Assembly (NCBI GenBank): GCA_963823665.1
Contig: CAWGMQ010000010.1
Location: 2,496,001 to 2,560,000, forward strand
Direction: 5' to 3'
DNA from: an uncultured Planctomycetota bacterium
Lineage (GTDB): Bacteria; Planctomycetota; Planctomycetia; Isosphaerales; Isosphaeraceae
Length of the DNA stretch: 64,000 nucleotides
In this document: positions 56,483 through 64,000 of the stretch, in pieces
Numbering within the stretch: the stretch's first letter is position 1
Layout: each line of letters begins with the position of its first letter
Made by a program: the position numbers and the translations under genes
Notes under the pieces: model-generated
Seen by the model: only the letters and a program-made list of their open reading frames with translations
Databases searched by the model: none
What the model was told of the DNA's origin: nothing

Positions 56483-56806
56483 ATGTCAGAACGCCGCACA
56501 CTCACCGCAGGTTTGAAACCACCGGTTCTACCGATCGATCCGAAGAAGGAAAAGGAATTCGTCTACGGTCAGAATTTAGAAGCGAAACCCGAATCATCCG
56601 CCAACCCGGCAACCAACGAGAAGTCACCCACCGCGAGTGCACCTGCACGGGTACCGCTGAGCACGCGGATGAGAGGCGATTTTGCTGAGGCGCTGAAAAC
56701 AGCATCTCTCGAACGGCAATTGAAGAAAATCCAGCCAAATACGCTGACAGACATACTGGAAGAGGCGGTCGAGCCTTGGTTGCGAAAACACGGATACCTG
56801 ACGTAA
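56483..56806 (+). CDS. Small ParA partner (probable ribbon-helix-helix centromere-binding protein)
   Basis: GAGGAGG RBS; flexible N-terminus, then VPLSTRMRGDFAEALK...LTDILEEAVEPWL. Confidence 0.7.
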   Translation: MSERRTLTAGLKPPVLPIDPKKEKEFVYGQNLEAKPESSANPATNEKSPTASAPARVPLSTRMRGDFAEALKTASLERQLKKIQPNTLTDILEEAVEPWLRKHGYLT

Positions 56807-56891
56807 TCCAGCTTTTGACAGAAGAGGGGAGGGGGTGCTACCGTGCCGCCTGCGGCCCGACTGCAACGCAAAATGAACGGTACGATGACGT

Positions 56892-57731
56892 ATGACGAGA
56901 CGGCTTCCACCCAAGGGTGACTACCAACCCGACCTTTTCGCCGCGAATTTCGCGGACATCCCAATCCGCGATCAGCGCGATACGATGGAGCGGCCGTTTT
57001 TCAGCCTGGCCAAGAAACCGCGCTTCGCGCCGATCGAGTACAATGTCGGCGATGTCTGGGTTGAAGTCAGCGCCAACCCCAAGTTCGGCATCGCAACCAT
57101 TTGGGACGCGGACATCTTGATCTGGGCATCCACCCAGGTCACCGAAGCCCTCGATCGCGGCCTGACCCCGAGCCGCACCATCCATTTCTATCCTCACAAT
57201 CTCCTCAAATCCATCCGACGTCCGACGGGCGGTGAGCACTACATGCGGCTCCGCGCGGCGCTCGACCGGCTGACCCATACCGCCGTACGCACGAACATCC
57301 GCGCCCAGGGAAAGAAGAAGGCCGCATCCTTCCATTGGCTGGAAAGCTGGACCGAGGTCACCGACGAGAAAACCGGCGAGACCACGGGAATGACACTCAC
57401 GCTCCCCGACTGGCTCTTCCAGGGAATCGCGATGAAAGGAGGCGTCCTGACCATCCATGAAGACTATTTCCTGCTGACGGGGGGTATCGAGCGCTGGCTG
57501 TATCGCGTCGCCCGCAAGCACGCCGGACAGCAGGAGACAGGCTGGCAGTTCACCATGCGTCAGCTCTACGAAAAATCCGGATCGACGGCCCGGTTTTCCG
57601 ACTTCGCCCTCGACGTCCGCAAGGTCGTCGAAATTGACTCGCTACCCGAATACACGTCGGACATCCACAAGAACGAGGAGGGGGATGAAATGATCCACTT
57701 CCTGAAGCGCGATCAGCTCGACTCTCGATGA
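56892..57731 (+). CDS. repA: Plasmid replication initiator protein (RPA/RepA family)
   Basis: DTMERPFFSLAK, GIATIWDADILI, YFLLTGGIERWLYRVARKHAG; the C-terminus may extend to 57822 via a frameshift. Confidence 0.9.
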   Translation: MTRRLPPKGDYQPDLFAANFADIPIRDQRDTMERPFFSLAKKPRFAPIEYNVGDVWVEVSANPKFGIATIWDADILIWASTQVTEALDRGLTPSRTIHFYPHNLLKSIRRPTGGEHYMRLRAALDRLTHTAVRTNIRAQGKKKAASFHWLESWTEVTDEKTGETTGMTLTLPDWLFQGIAMKGGVLTIHEDYFLLTGGIERWLYRVARKHAGQQETGWQFTMRQLYEKSGSTARFSDFALDVRKVVEIDSLPEYTSDIHKNEEGDEMIHFLKRDQLDSR

Positions 57732-57825
57732 CCCGAGGTACGAGACTCCTCGCCATCCTCGCCGCCGGGTTGCTCGCGGGATTACATCGAAAGCGTTAAA
57801 GCTCAATGTGATGGCCGAGTGAAGG

Positions 57826-58256
57826 CACGGCCTATTGGGCGTAAACACGCACGGTTTTGGACTCCAGGACACGGCCTATTAGGCGTAAATTACATCATAG
57901 AAGTTCGGTTATGACCAGAATGCCGAGGGGCAAAAACGTCGCCAGACCGTCATGAAACGCCCTGGCATTCCATTCCGATGCCGGCACGGCCTATCAGGCG
58001 CAGTTTTTCAGTCCAGAATCGGAAATGTTGGCGATCGATTCTTACATCCTCAAGCTGTGGATTAGCACGGCCTATTAGGCGCACGGCATTCGGCCTATTA
58101 GGCGTATCACCGCACGGCCTATTAGGCGCAAAGACTCGGCCTATCAGGCGCACGAAACGCCAGATTTCGTCACTGAAGACAATGGGATATGGACCAGCTA
58201 ACTGTTTAACTTAAACATATTATTTAACTTACTTAACGTCCTCGGCTTGTGGATAA
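57826..58256 (+). repeat. Iteron-type origin: seven 17-bp iterons, AT-rich region, DnaA box
   Basis: CACGGCCTATYAGGCGY-like units at 57826, 57870, 57985, 58066, 58089, 58113, 58135; AT-rich TTAAC repeats 58199-58237; TGTGGATAA at 58248. Confidence 0.88.
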
Positions 58257-58480
58257 CTCCATCGATTTCAATTGACCGACCGGCCGAAGAACTTCATCGT
58301 TCAAGAGCGGGGGAGGGAAAGGAAGAAAGAATGCATTCAGGAATGACGTCGAGCCAAACCATCGGCATCATCACAACTCAGTACAGATTAAAGAGGCCAT
58401 CTAGAGGACTGAACTGACCTCGCCGCTACTCCACAGGCCAAGAACCCCTTCCAAGCGTGTACGGGCTTCTAATGAGGATT

Positions 58481-58699
58481 TCAGAAAATCGGATCAAGCA
58501 CCACCGCACCGTCGCGATGATGCAATACTTTGCCCCACGCCCTCGCGGTCACTTTTGTCCCCTCGAACGGTTCGGCGAAATGCTCGTCAACTTTGTACCG
58601 TCCTTCACCGTGTGCCCTGGCAAACACCGCGAGAGCCTCGAGCAAATCGACAACATCCCCGACATCCGGCCGTTTGGAAATCCGAAAAACGCGGCTCAT
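58481..58699 (-). CDS. Small hypothetical protein
   Basis: 72-aa ORF with plausible composition. Confidence 0.45.
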   Translation of the reverse strand: MSRVFRISKRPDVGDVVDLLEALAVFARAHGEGRYKVDEHFAEPFEGTKVTARAWGKVLHHRDGAVVLDPIF

Positions 58700-58840
58700 C
58701 GCTGATCTGACAGGGGAGGGGGGTTACCAGCAGATCCGGAGGGAAATGCCCCCCGTTGCCCAAGTGCTCCTAACCCGCCGAAACCGCTTGGCAAAACGGG
58801 GCAAGCATGATAGCGTGAGACCTGAAGGAGACATTTACGC

Positions 58841-59116
58841 ATGATGATCCATCTGCCCCACGACCTGGAAAGCTCTATTCTAGCGGCAGTGCATAACGGG
58901 CGGTTCGCTTCCGTCGACGCCGCGATGGCCGAGGCTGCGCGTCTGCTGCTTCGCGAGATGACCCAAGGTCGTCTAGAGCCAAAGCCCGTCGCAGCCGACA
59001 CATCGCCTGACCCGTTGCTTGGTGCCTGGCGTGACGATGCCGATTTGCTGGATGAAATCGTTGAGCACGCGATGAAGAACCGCGAGGAGCAGACCATGGC
59101 GGTTGTCGCCGAGTGA
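58841..59116 (+). CDS. Antitoxin (ParD-like N-terminus)
   Basis: IHLPHDLESSILAAVHNGRFASVDAAMAEAARLL; GAAGGAG RBS; overlaps the PIN gene. Confidence 0.75.
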   Translation: MMIHLPHDLESSILAAVHNGRFASVDAAMAEAARLLLREMTQGRLEPKPVAADTSPDPLLGAWRDDADLLDEIVEHAMKNREEQTMAVVAE

Positions 59117-59535
59117 ATAGGGGGCTGCTTGACACCGACGTTTTGTCGGAGATTTTCAAGGGGAACAATCCGGCTATCGCTCGCAACGCCACTACCTACC
59201 GCCGGGCATTTGGCCATCACCACACGCTTTCAACGATTACCGTAATGGAAATCGTCTCCGGCCTGCAACGAGTGCAAAGGCCGGATCGCGTTCAGAAATT
59301 CATGGCCGACATCAGCGGAGAGGAAATCCTTTTGTTCGACTTGGCCGCCGGAAGGCTGGCAGGTGAAATCGCTGGCGATTTGGAGCGTACCGGCCAGCCT
59401 ATCGGCACAGCCGATCCGATGATCGCAGCCATCGCCATCGAGCATGAGCTCGAACTTGTCACCGGCAACACTGCCCATTTCCAGCGTATACAACAGCTCG
59501 GCTACCCACTAACGCTCGCCAACTGGCGGATCTGA
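59113..59535 (+). CDS. vapC: VapC PIN-domain toxin
   Basis: LLDTDVLSE, VMEI, DPMIAAIA, LVTGNTAHF. Confidence 0.92.
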   Translation: MNRGLLDTDVLSEIFKGNNPAIARNATTYRRAFGHHHTLSTITVMEIVSGLQRVQRPDRVQKFMADISGEEILLFDLAAGRLAGEIAGDLERTGQPIGTADPMIAAIAIEHELELVTGNTAHFQRIQQLGYPLTLANWRI

Positions 59536-59900
59536 TGGGCGGAAACGTCCGGCTGAGCTAGATCAGTTTGTCTCTGGTCCGTTTCATTGCCTCGGCTATG
59601 GCGTCGGAATGACCGAGCAGCCGGGCGACGACCAGGCTGTCCATCTTCTGCCGGTTGATCGCATCCTTTCCCCGTTCCTAGGTAGCCTGCAATTGCTTGC
59701 CAGAGGTGCCGCACCCCAGGTACGATCTCACGCAGGCGGCAAACGCCGTTCGTATCACGCGTGCCGCACATGCGCCCTCCGGAGTTCCCCGCTTCGCTCC
59801 CCGGATCGTAACAAGAATCCGTAGCAAAGCTATCAGTAGCAAGAATCCATCGGAACGAACTTGATGTAAAGCCAAGCATATTAATCAGTTAGAGATACTC

Positions 59901-59944
59901 GGAGAGGTGACAGAGTGGTCGATTGTGCGGCACTGGAAATGACG
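59901..59944 (+). pseudogene. 5' half of tRNA-Ser(GGA), probable att core
   Basis: GGAGAGG-TG-ACAGAGTGGTCGATTGT-G-CGGCA-CTGGAAA-TGACG; no variable arm, T arm or acceptor 3' strand follows. Confidence 0.8.
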
Positions 59945-60002
59945 TTCAACGGGTGCCTATTGCCCTAAGTTGTTTGGAGACGAGTGGATAGGAAGATCGC
60001 CC

Positions 60003-60365
60003 ATGGTCAGCAAGGACCGTGAACAGACGCGGACAGAGGCCGCCCAGGCGACGCGACGGCAGAAGTCACGTGAGCTTGATGAGGAACACGAGCAGATCCT
60101 CAAGAAGGCGCAGATTTACTTGCTGTTCGAGGCGAAGCGCCCGATGTTCTGGAACGTCGCCGATATCCGAGAGGGGAAGGGCGAGGGTGGCTCACGCCGC
60201 TGGATCATTGCCGTGCATCTCCGTGCTCCGTCTGGGCATGAGGGATATCTGGGCGACCTCCTGTACGATGGCGAGCGGTTCTCGGAGTTGACGGACGTCG
60301 AATTGATGCGGCGGCGAGTGCAGCAGATCACGGCTGACCCCGGAAGTCCGTTGCCGATCGCATGA
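60003..60365 (+). CDS. Hypothetical protein
   Basis: ORF with ATGA overlap to the next gene. Confidence 0.6.
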   Translation: MVSKDREQTRTEAAQATRRQKSRELDEEHEQILKKAQIYLLFEAKRPMFWNVADIREGKGEGGSRRWIIAVHLRAPSGHEGYLGDLLYDGERFSELTDVELMRRRVQQITADPGSPLPIA

Positions 60366-60859
60366 GTACCGGACTTCCGCACTACCGCCAGGAGAAGAAG
60401 AATACCTGCGCCCTGGCGTGCCTGCGGATGGTCCTTGCTTCCTTCGGCACGGACGTCGAGGAGGGCACGCTCGAGGCCCGGGCGCACATGGAGATCGACG
60501 GTACAGAGATCGGCGAACTTGAGCGTCTTGCGCGGCAGTTCGGGGTCGTCGCAGACATCCAGGAGGCGACAGTGGCGCAGCTTCGGCACCTGCTGGAGGA
60601 CGGGAAGCTGCCTATCGTCTACATCGACCGTGCTATCTTTTAATTGCGTCCCCGCCAACGGGCGCAGCACTCCATTCGCGACACCATCATCCACACCGTC
60701 ATCCCCACGCGGGTCATTACCAGTTTTGTCACATACCATGACCCTCGCCAAGTTCGGGTCATCCGGAAGACCACTGGCCTCTTCCGTCAGGCATACGAAG
60801 CCCTGGGAGGGCGCTGCGTCGTCTGCTCCAAACCTGCGAGAGGCCTAGACCATGGCTAG
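60362..60859 (+). pseudogene. Peptidase C39-like protein with in-frame TAA at 60641
   Basis: YRQEKKNTCALACLRMVL (Q/C), then the same frame continues HTVIP...YHDP (H/D). Confidence 0.75.
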
Positions 60860-60886
60860 CCGTGAGTCTCCCGCCGACTGCAAGTG

Positions 60887-60954
60887 CCTGACGCTCGGCA
60901 AAAGGTGGGTGTCTCACATCCCTGACGCTCGGCAAAAGGTGGGTGTCTCACATC
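60887..60954. repeat. Exact 34-bp tandem duplication
   Basis: cctgacgctcggcaaaaggtgggtgtctcacatc x2. Confidence 0.9.
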
Positions 60955-60957
60955 CCC

Positions 60958-61905
60958 TTAGAAACGGAACGGGAATGGGACAGCAAGTGCGGGGTAAACG
61001 TCCCGAAAGGCGACGAGGATTGCGGTACGCAGATCATCCATAAGTGTGGTCGCGTTATCATCAATCATGTGCACCGGGCAATCTGCTTGGCCGCAACCGC
61101 ACAGACGGATTTCCCCCGTGCGAATCAAGCGATCATACGCAGCACGAAGTTCAATGAGCTTTCCGACGACGGCACCTAACTTAGTCCTGACTTCGGGGTT
61201 CTTCAGGCGATGGCGTGACGGTCCCCGGTCAATCTCAGTGCCGTCCCTCAAGCGGCGGATGCCCGTGTTCACGGCCTCGATGGTATCGGTGATCGCCTGC
61301 TTGAAGTCGGGCAAGTTGCTTTCACCCCTGAACGGCGTCGTAAACGCCGGACGGTCAAAGCATTCGGCCAGTCGTGTCAGCATCTCAGTGTCAGTTGCCT
61401 TCTCACCGTCGATTGCAAACGCCTTAAGAGCCTGAACGGTTTCGGGGAAAGCGATTCCGTTGCAGAATCGCTCAAGCAAGTCCGGTGCGTCGCGTCGAAC
61501 CCGCTCCTCGAACTCGATGCCGCTCCAGACCTGAACATCGACAACGCCACGTCCACGAATGTGCGTTTCCACCCTGTCCTTCATCTTTGCCGAGACTTTG
61601 CCGCCCACGATGACAATGAAGGCATGTGGTATGCCGTCCGGTCCCGACAAAACCTTGCTGATGTCCTGCTCAGCCTTGTCGAAATTGAGCCTTTGGTGGT
61701 TGGCACATTGATAGCACAAGTTCTCCCCGGCCGCTGTTACAACCCATATGTCGCGGCCTCGATCACCGCCAAGCTGACCATACCAGTCGATGCGTTGATG
61801 ATTGGGGATGGATCTAAGGAGGTATGCAAACGCAAGCCGCTCAAATGAGGTGCCATCAAACTGGCCAAAAACGACGGGCTTGACCTCGATCTGCAATAAG
61901 TTCAT
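60958..61905 (-). CDS. Mrr-like PD-(D/E)xK-fold nuclease domain protein with C-terminal helical domain
   Basis: FERLAFAYL...GGDRGRDIW...YQCAN pattern; C-terminal CGCGQADC. Confidence 0.65.
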   Translation of the reverse strand: MNLLQIEVKPVVFGQFDGTSFERLAFAYLLRSIPNHQRIDWYGQLGGDRGRDIWVVTAAGENLCYQCANHQRLNFDKAEQDISKVLSGPDGIPHAFIVIVGGKVSAKMKDRVETHIRGRGVVDVQVWSGIEFEERVRRDAPDLLERFCNGIAFPETVQALKAFAIDGEKATDTEMLTRLAECFDRPAFTTPFRGESNLPDFKQAITDTIEAVNTGIRRLRDGTEIDRGPSRHRLKNPEVRTKLGAVVGKLIELRAAYDRLIRTGEIRLCGCGQADCPVHMIDDNATTLMDDLRTAILVAFRDVYPALAVPFPFRF

Positions 61906-62232
61906 TCGCTTGAGCCTTTCTCCGGCTGCTGAATTCCACAGGCATTGCCTCCTAGAGCCGCAATGGTGCGATGATCCCGCTCACCGCCTTTTTGAAATCC
62001 ACCACGATAGCCGCCAGCCGATTCATGTCCCAACCGAAAAGCTGTGTCAAGTGCCGCACCGACACCGTGAATTTCTCGGCAACCTGGCTGTAGAGGACGA
62101 ACATCTGCTCAAACGACATACGCTTGGTCACGGCGACCTCGTTGCCTACTGCACCCGGATGATCGACGCGGCGGCTGTCGTCACGCTTATAGGCAAGCTG
62201 GGTAGGGCCGCGACGGCTTCCGCCGCGAGCCG

Positions 62233-62469
62233 ATGACCATCAGGGCGGTCGAAAAGCTGATCGGCCGCTACGTCGACGCCCTCGGCCTCGATCCCAACGT
62301 CACCGTGCATTCGCTCCGCGTCACCGCTCTGACTACGGCCAGGGAGCGGGGATCGGATATCATCGACTTGCAGGAATTCGCGGGGCACGCCGACCCCAGG
62401 ACCACCCTCACCTACATCCGCAGCCGCGACCGGCTTAGCCAAAGTCCGGCTTATGTGCTAAAATACTGA
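62233..62469 (+). pseudogene. Tyrosine recombinase C-terminal fragment
   Basis: HSLR...AGHADPRTTLTY catalytic motifs; N-terminal part missing. Confidence 0.85.
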
Positions 62470-62500
62470 ATGGACACGCGACCAGTAACAGCTCGCTCCC

Positions 62501-63454
62501 ATGCAGCCATTTGGGGATGATATGAGTACGCCAGAATTGCCACCCACTACCGAGAAACCTCAGTGCCGCTTGTGCAGAGTGTCCGACGACTTGAGGGAAA
62601 GTCATATCATCCCTAGCTTCGTGTTCAAATGGCTGAAAAAGACTTCTGCTACCGGCTATCTCCGATTCGCGGAAGAGATGCAACGCCGCAAACAGGACGG
62701 CGTCAAAATCCCGTTGCTTTGCGGGGACTGCGAGCAGCGACTTAGCTCCTGGGAGCGGCAGTTCTCTGAAAATGTTTTCATGCCACTTACCAGTGGAGGC
62801 GGGTTTAATCCCTTCGATTATGGCCCTTGGCTCACACAATTCGCGGTATCACTTTCCTGGCGTTCATTAACGTTTATGCCATCCCTCGCACCATTAACAC
62901 ACGTGCCACCTCAACATTTATCTCGACTCGACGATGCCGCAGAAACGTGGCGGCGCTTTCTACTGGACAACCAGCAACCCATAACCCCGTTTGAGCAGCA
63001 CCTTATTCCGCTTGGTTTCCTAGATTCGCACACGGTTCCTTCCTTACCTACAAACATCAATCGCTACATTGCTCGCTCTGTCGCCATTGATGTTGTGACC
63101 TCAAGCGAGCAAATTATCGTTTTCACCAAGCTACCCTTCGCACTTATCATTGGCATCCTTTATTCCGCCAAACCTGGGGAATGGGTAGGCACCAAGCTTG
63201 ATCCCGCAGGTGGACATTTTGGCAAAGGTAAACACATCGTCCTTCCTGGCGGCATGCTAACTTATATGTGTGACAAAGCTAACCGCATGACCGCACTCAA
63301 TGCGACATTGTCAGCTAAACAGCAACAGGCTATAGACACGTCTACATTCAAAGATGCCGACCGAACAGCAAATTCAGGAAGCTTCGAGGCGATGATTCAA
63401 GACGTTAGGCTCTTCGGAAATGAGGCATTCAAAAAGCACGACCCATCTGAATGA
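62501..63454 (+). CDS. Hypothetical protein with HNH-like zinc-finger N-terminus
   Basis: CRLC...ESHIIP...LLCGDCE; lower GC than the flanks. Confidence 0.65.
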   Translation: MQPFGDDMSTPELPPTTEKPQCRLCRVSDDLRESHIIPSFVFKWLKKTSATGYLRFAEEMQRRKQDGVKIPLLCGDCEQRLSSWERQFSENVFMPLTSGGGFNPFDYGPWLTQFAVSLSWRSLTFMPSLAPLTHVPPQHLSRLDDAAETWRRFLLDNQQPITPFEQHLIPLGFLDSHTVPSLPTNINRYIARSVAIDVVTSSEQIIVFTKLPFALIIGILYSAKPGEWVGTKLDPAGGHFGKGKHIVLPGGMLTYMCDKANRMTALNATLSAKQQQAIDTSTFKDADRTANSGSFEAMIQDVRLFGNEAFKKHDPSE

Positions 63455-63485
63455 TACAATGCGTGTATTGTGATAGAGTGCTATA

Positions 63486-64000
63486 ATGATCATTGCTAAG
63501 ATTGAAACATGGCCCGCAGCATTGCAAGAGTTTCTTACATCGCAGCACGAAATGCTGTTGGCACATGCACGCCACGACCGCGAGACTATGCACGCATATT
63601 TGGACCCTAAGAATGGGCACGTGCTGATGGCCATGATGCCATCGAATCCGCACTTTCAAGCACGAGAGCGTGCCTGGCTGAAAGTTAATGAGTTGTTGCA
63701 GTCCACAACTCTTCAGGGGTGGCACTGCACTCGGCTCACCGAACATGAGGTGAAACACATCACATCACACGGAATGCAACCACCAAACCTACAAGTTCTC
63801 CGCGAGCGTATTCGGCGGGTGCAAGCTGCTGGCATGATCAAGAACGAGATTGCCGAACAACTGATCGAGAAAAATCAGGCCAACGAGGATAATCGCAAGG
63901 GAATGATCTGGTTTTGCTTCTTCGATCCAAGGATCGCAGGTCAGTCGGGAATCGAACGCTTCTTTCGTTACTGGGGCGGCGAAGCCCTTTACGGCTCCCA
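63486..64000 (+). CDS. Hypothetical protein (partial), possible ADP-ribosyltransferase fold
   Basis: Not in the ORF track; open from ATG 63486 to the window end: ...LQGWHCTRL...HGMQP...IWFCF...YWGGEALY. Confidence 0.65.
   Translation, partial: MIIAKIETWPAALQEFLTSQHEMLLAHARHDRETMHAYLDPKNGHVLMAMMPSNPHFQARERAWLKVNELLQSTTLQGWHCTRLTEHEVKHITSHGMQPPNLQVLRERIRRVQAAGMIKNEIAEQLIEKNQANEDNRKGMIWFCFFDPRIAGQSGIERFFRYWGGEALYGS

Noticed and set aside
57826..58151. CRISPR array
   Set aside because: Units are 17 bp with irregular 5-98 bp gaps, no cas genes, and they follow repA; iterons fit better.
59901..59990. Functional tRNA-Ser
   Set aside because: No T arm, variable arm or acceptor 3' strand.
47993..60643. 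Stop-codon reassignment (in-frame TAG at 47993 and 50520, TAA at 60641)
   Set aside because: The stops appear to replace different residues (probably W, Y and an acidic residue) and TAG/TAA end normal genes; errors or mutations are simpler.
60887..60954. 34-bp tandem as a mini-CRISPR
   Set aside because: Two adjacent copies with no spacer; slippage or artefact.

Overview
GC-rich bacterial DNA that looks like a planctomycete (Isosphaeraceae-like): ECF sigma/Ser-Thr kinase pairs, LEDRxLL-type secreted proteins and 'AAAAGGTGTCAGGAACC' REP-like repeats. Many long genes are broken by single-base frameshifts, most simply explained by an unpolished long-read assembly. 1-38.6 kb holds three ECF-sigma/Hanks-kinase pairs, two further kinases, an arylsulfotransferase-like/ABC/CpxRA-like cluster, two paralogous beta-helix + Ig-repeat surface proteins, an IS4 inserted into a REP, and a Pit/DUF47 pair. 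38.6-42.5 kb is a decayed defence/mobile island: two 155-bp structured direct repeats flank an ATPase + DUF4276-like pair and BREX/HNH-like remnants, followed by an IS110 stub and a group IIC intron 3' end. 42.5-49.6 kb is an Rhs locus with an HExxH C-terminal domain. 50-64 kb is plasmid-like: IS5, two VapC TA pairs, parA + partner, repA with seven iterons, an AT-rich region and a DnaA box, a tRNA-Ser 5' half with arm-like repeats, a tyrosine recombinase stub and candidate nuclease/ART effectors. All family calls come from motif recognition by eye; no searches were run.
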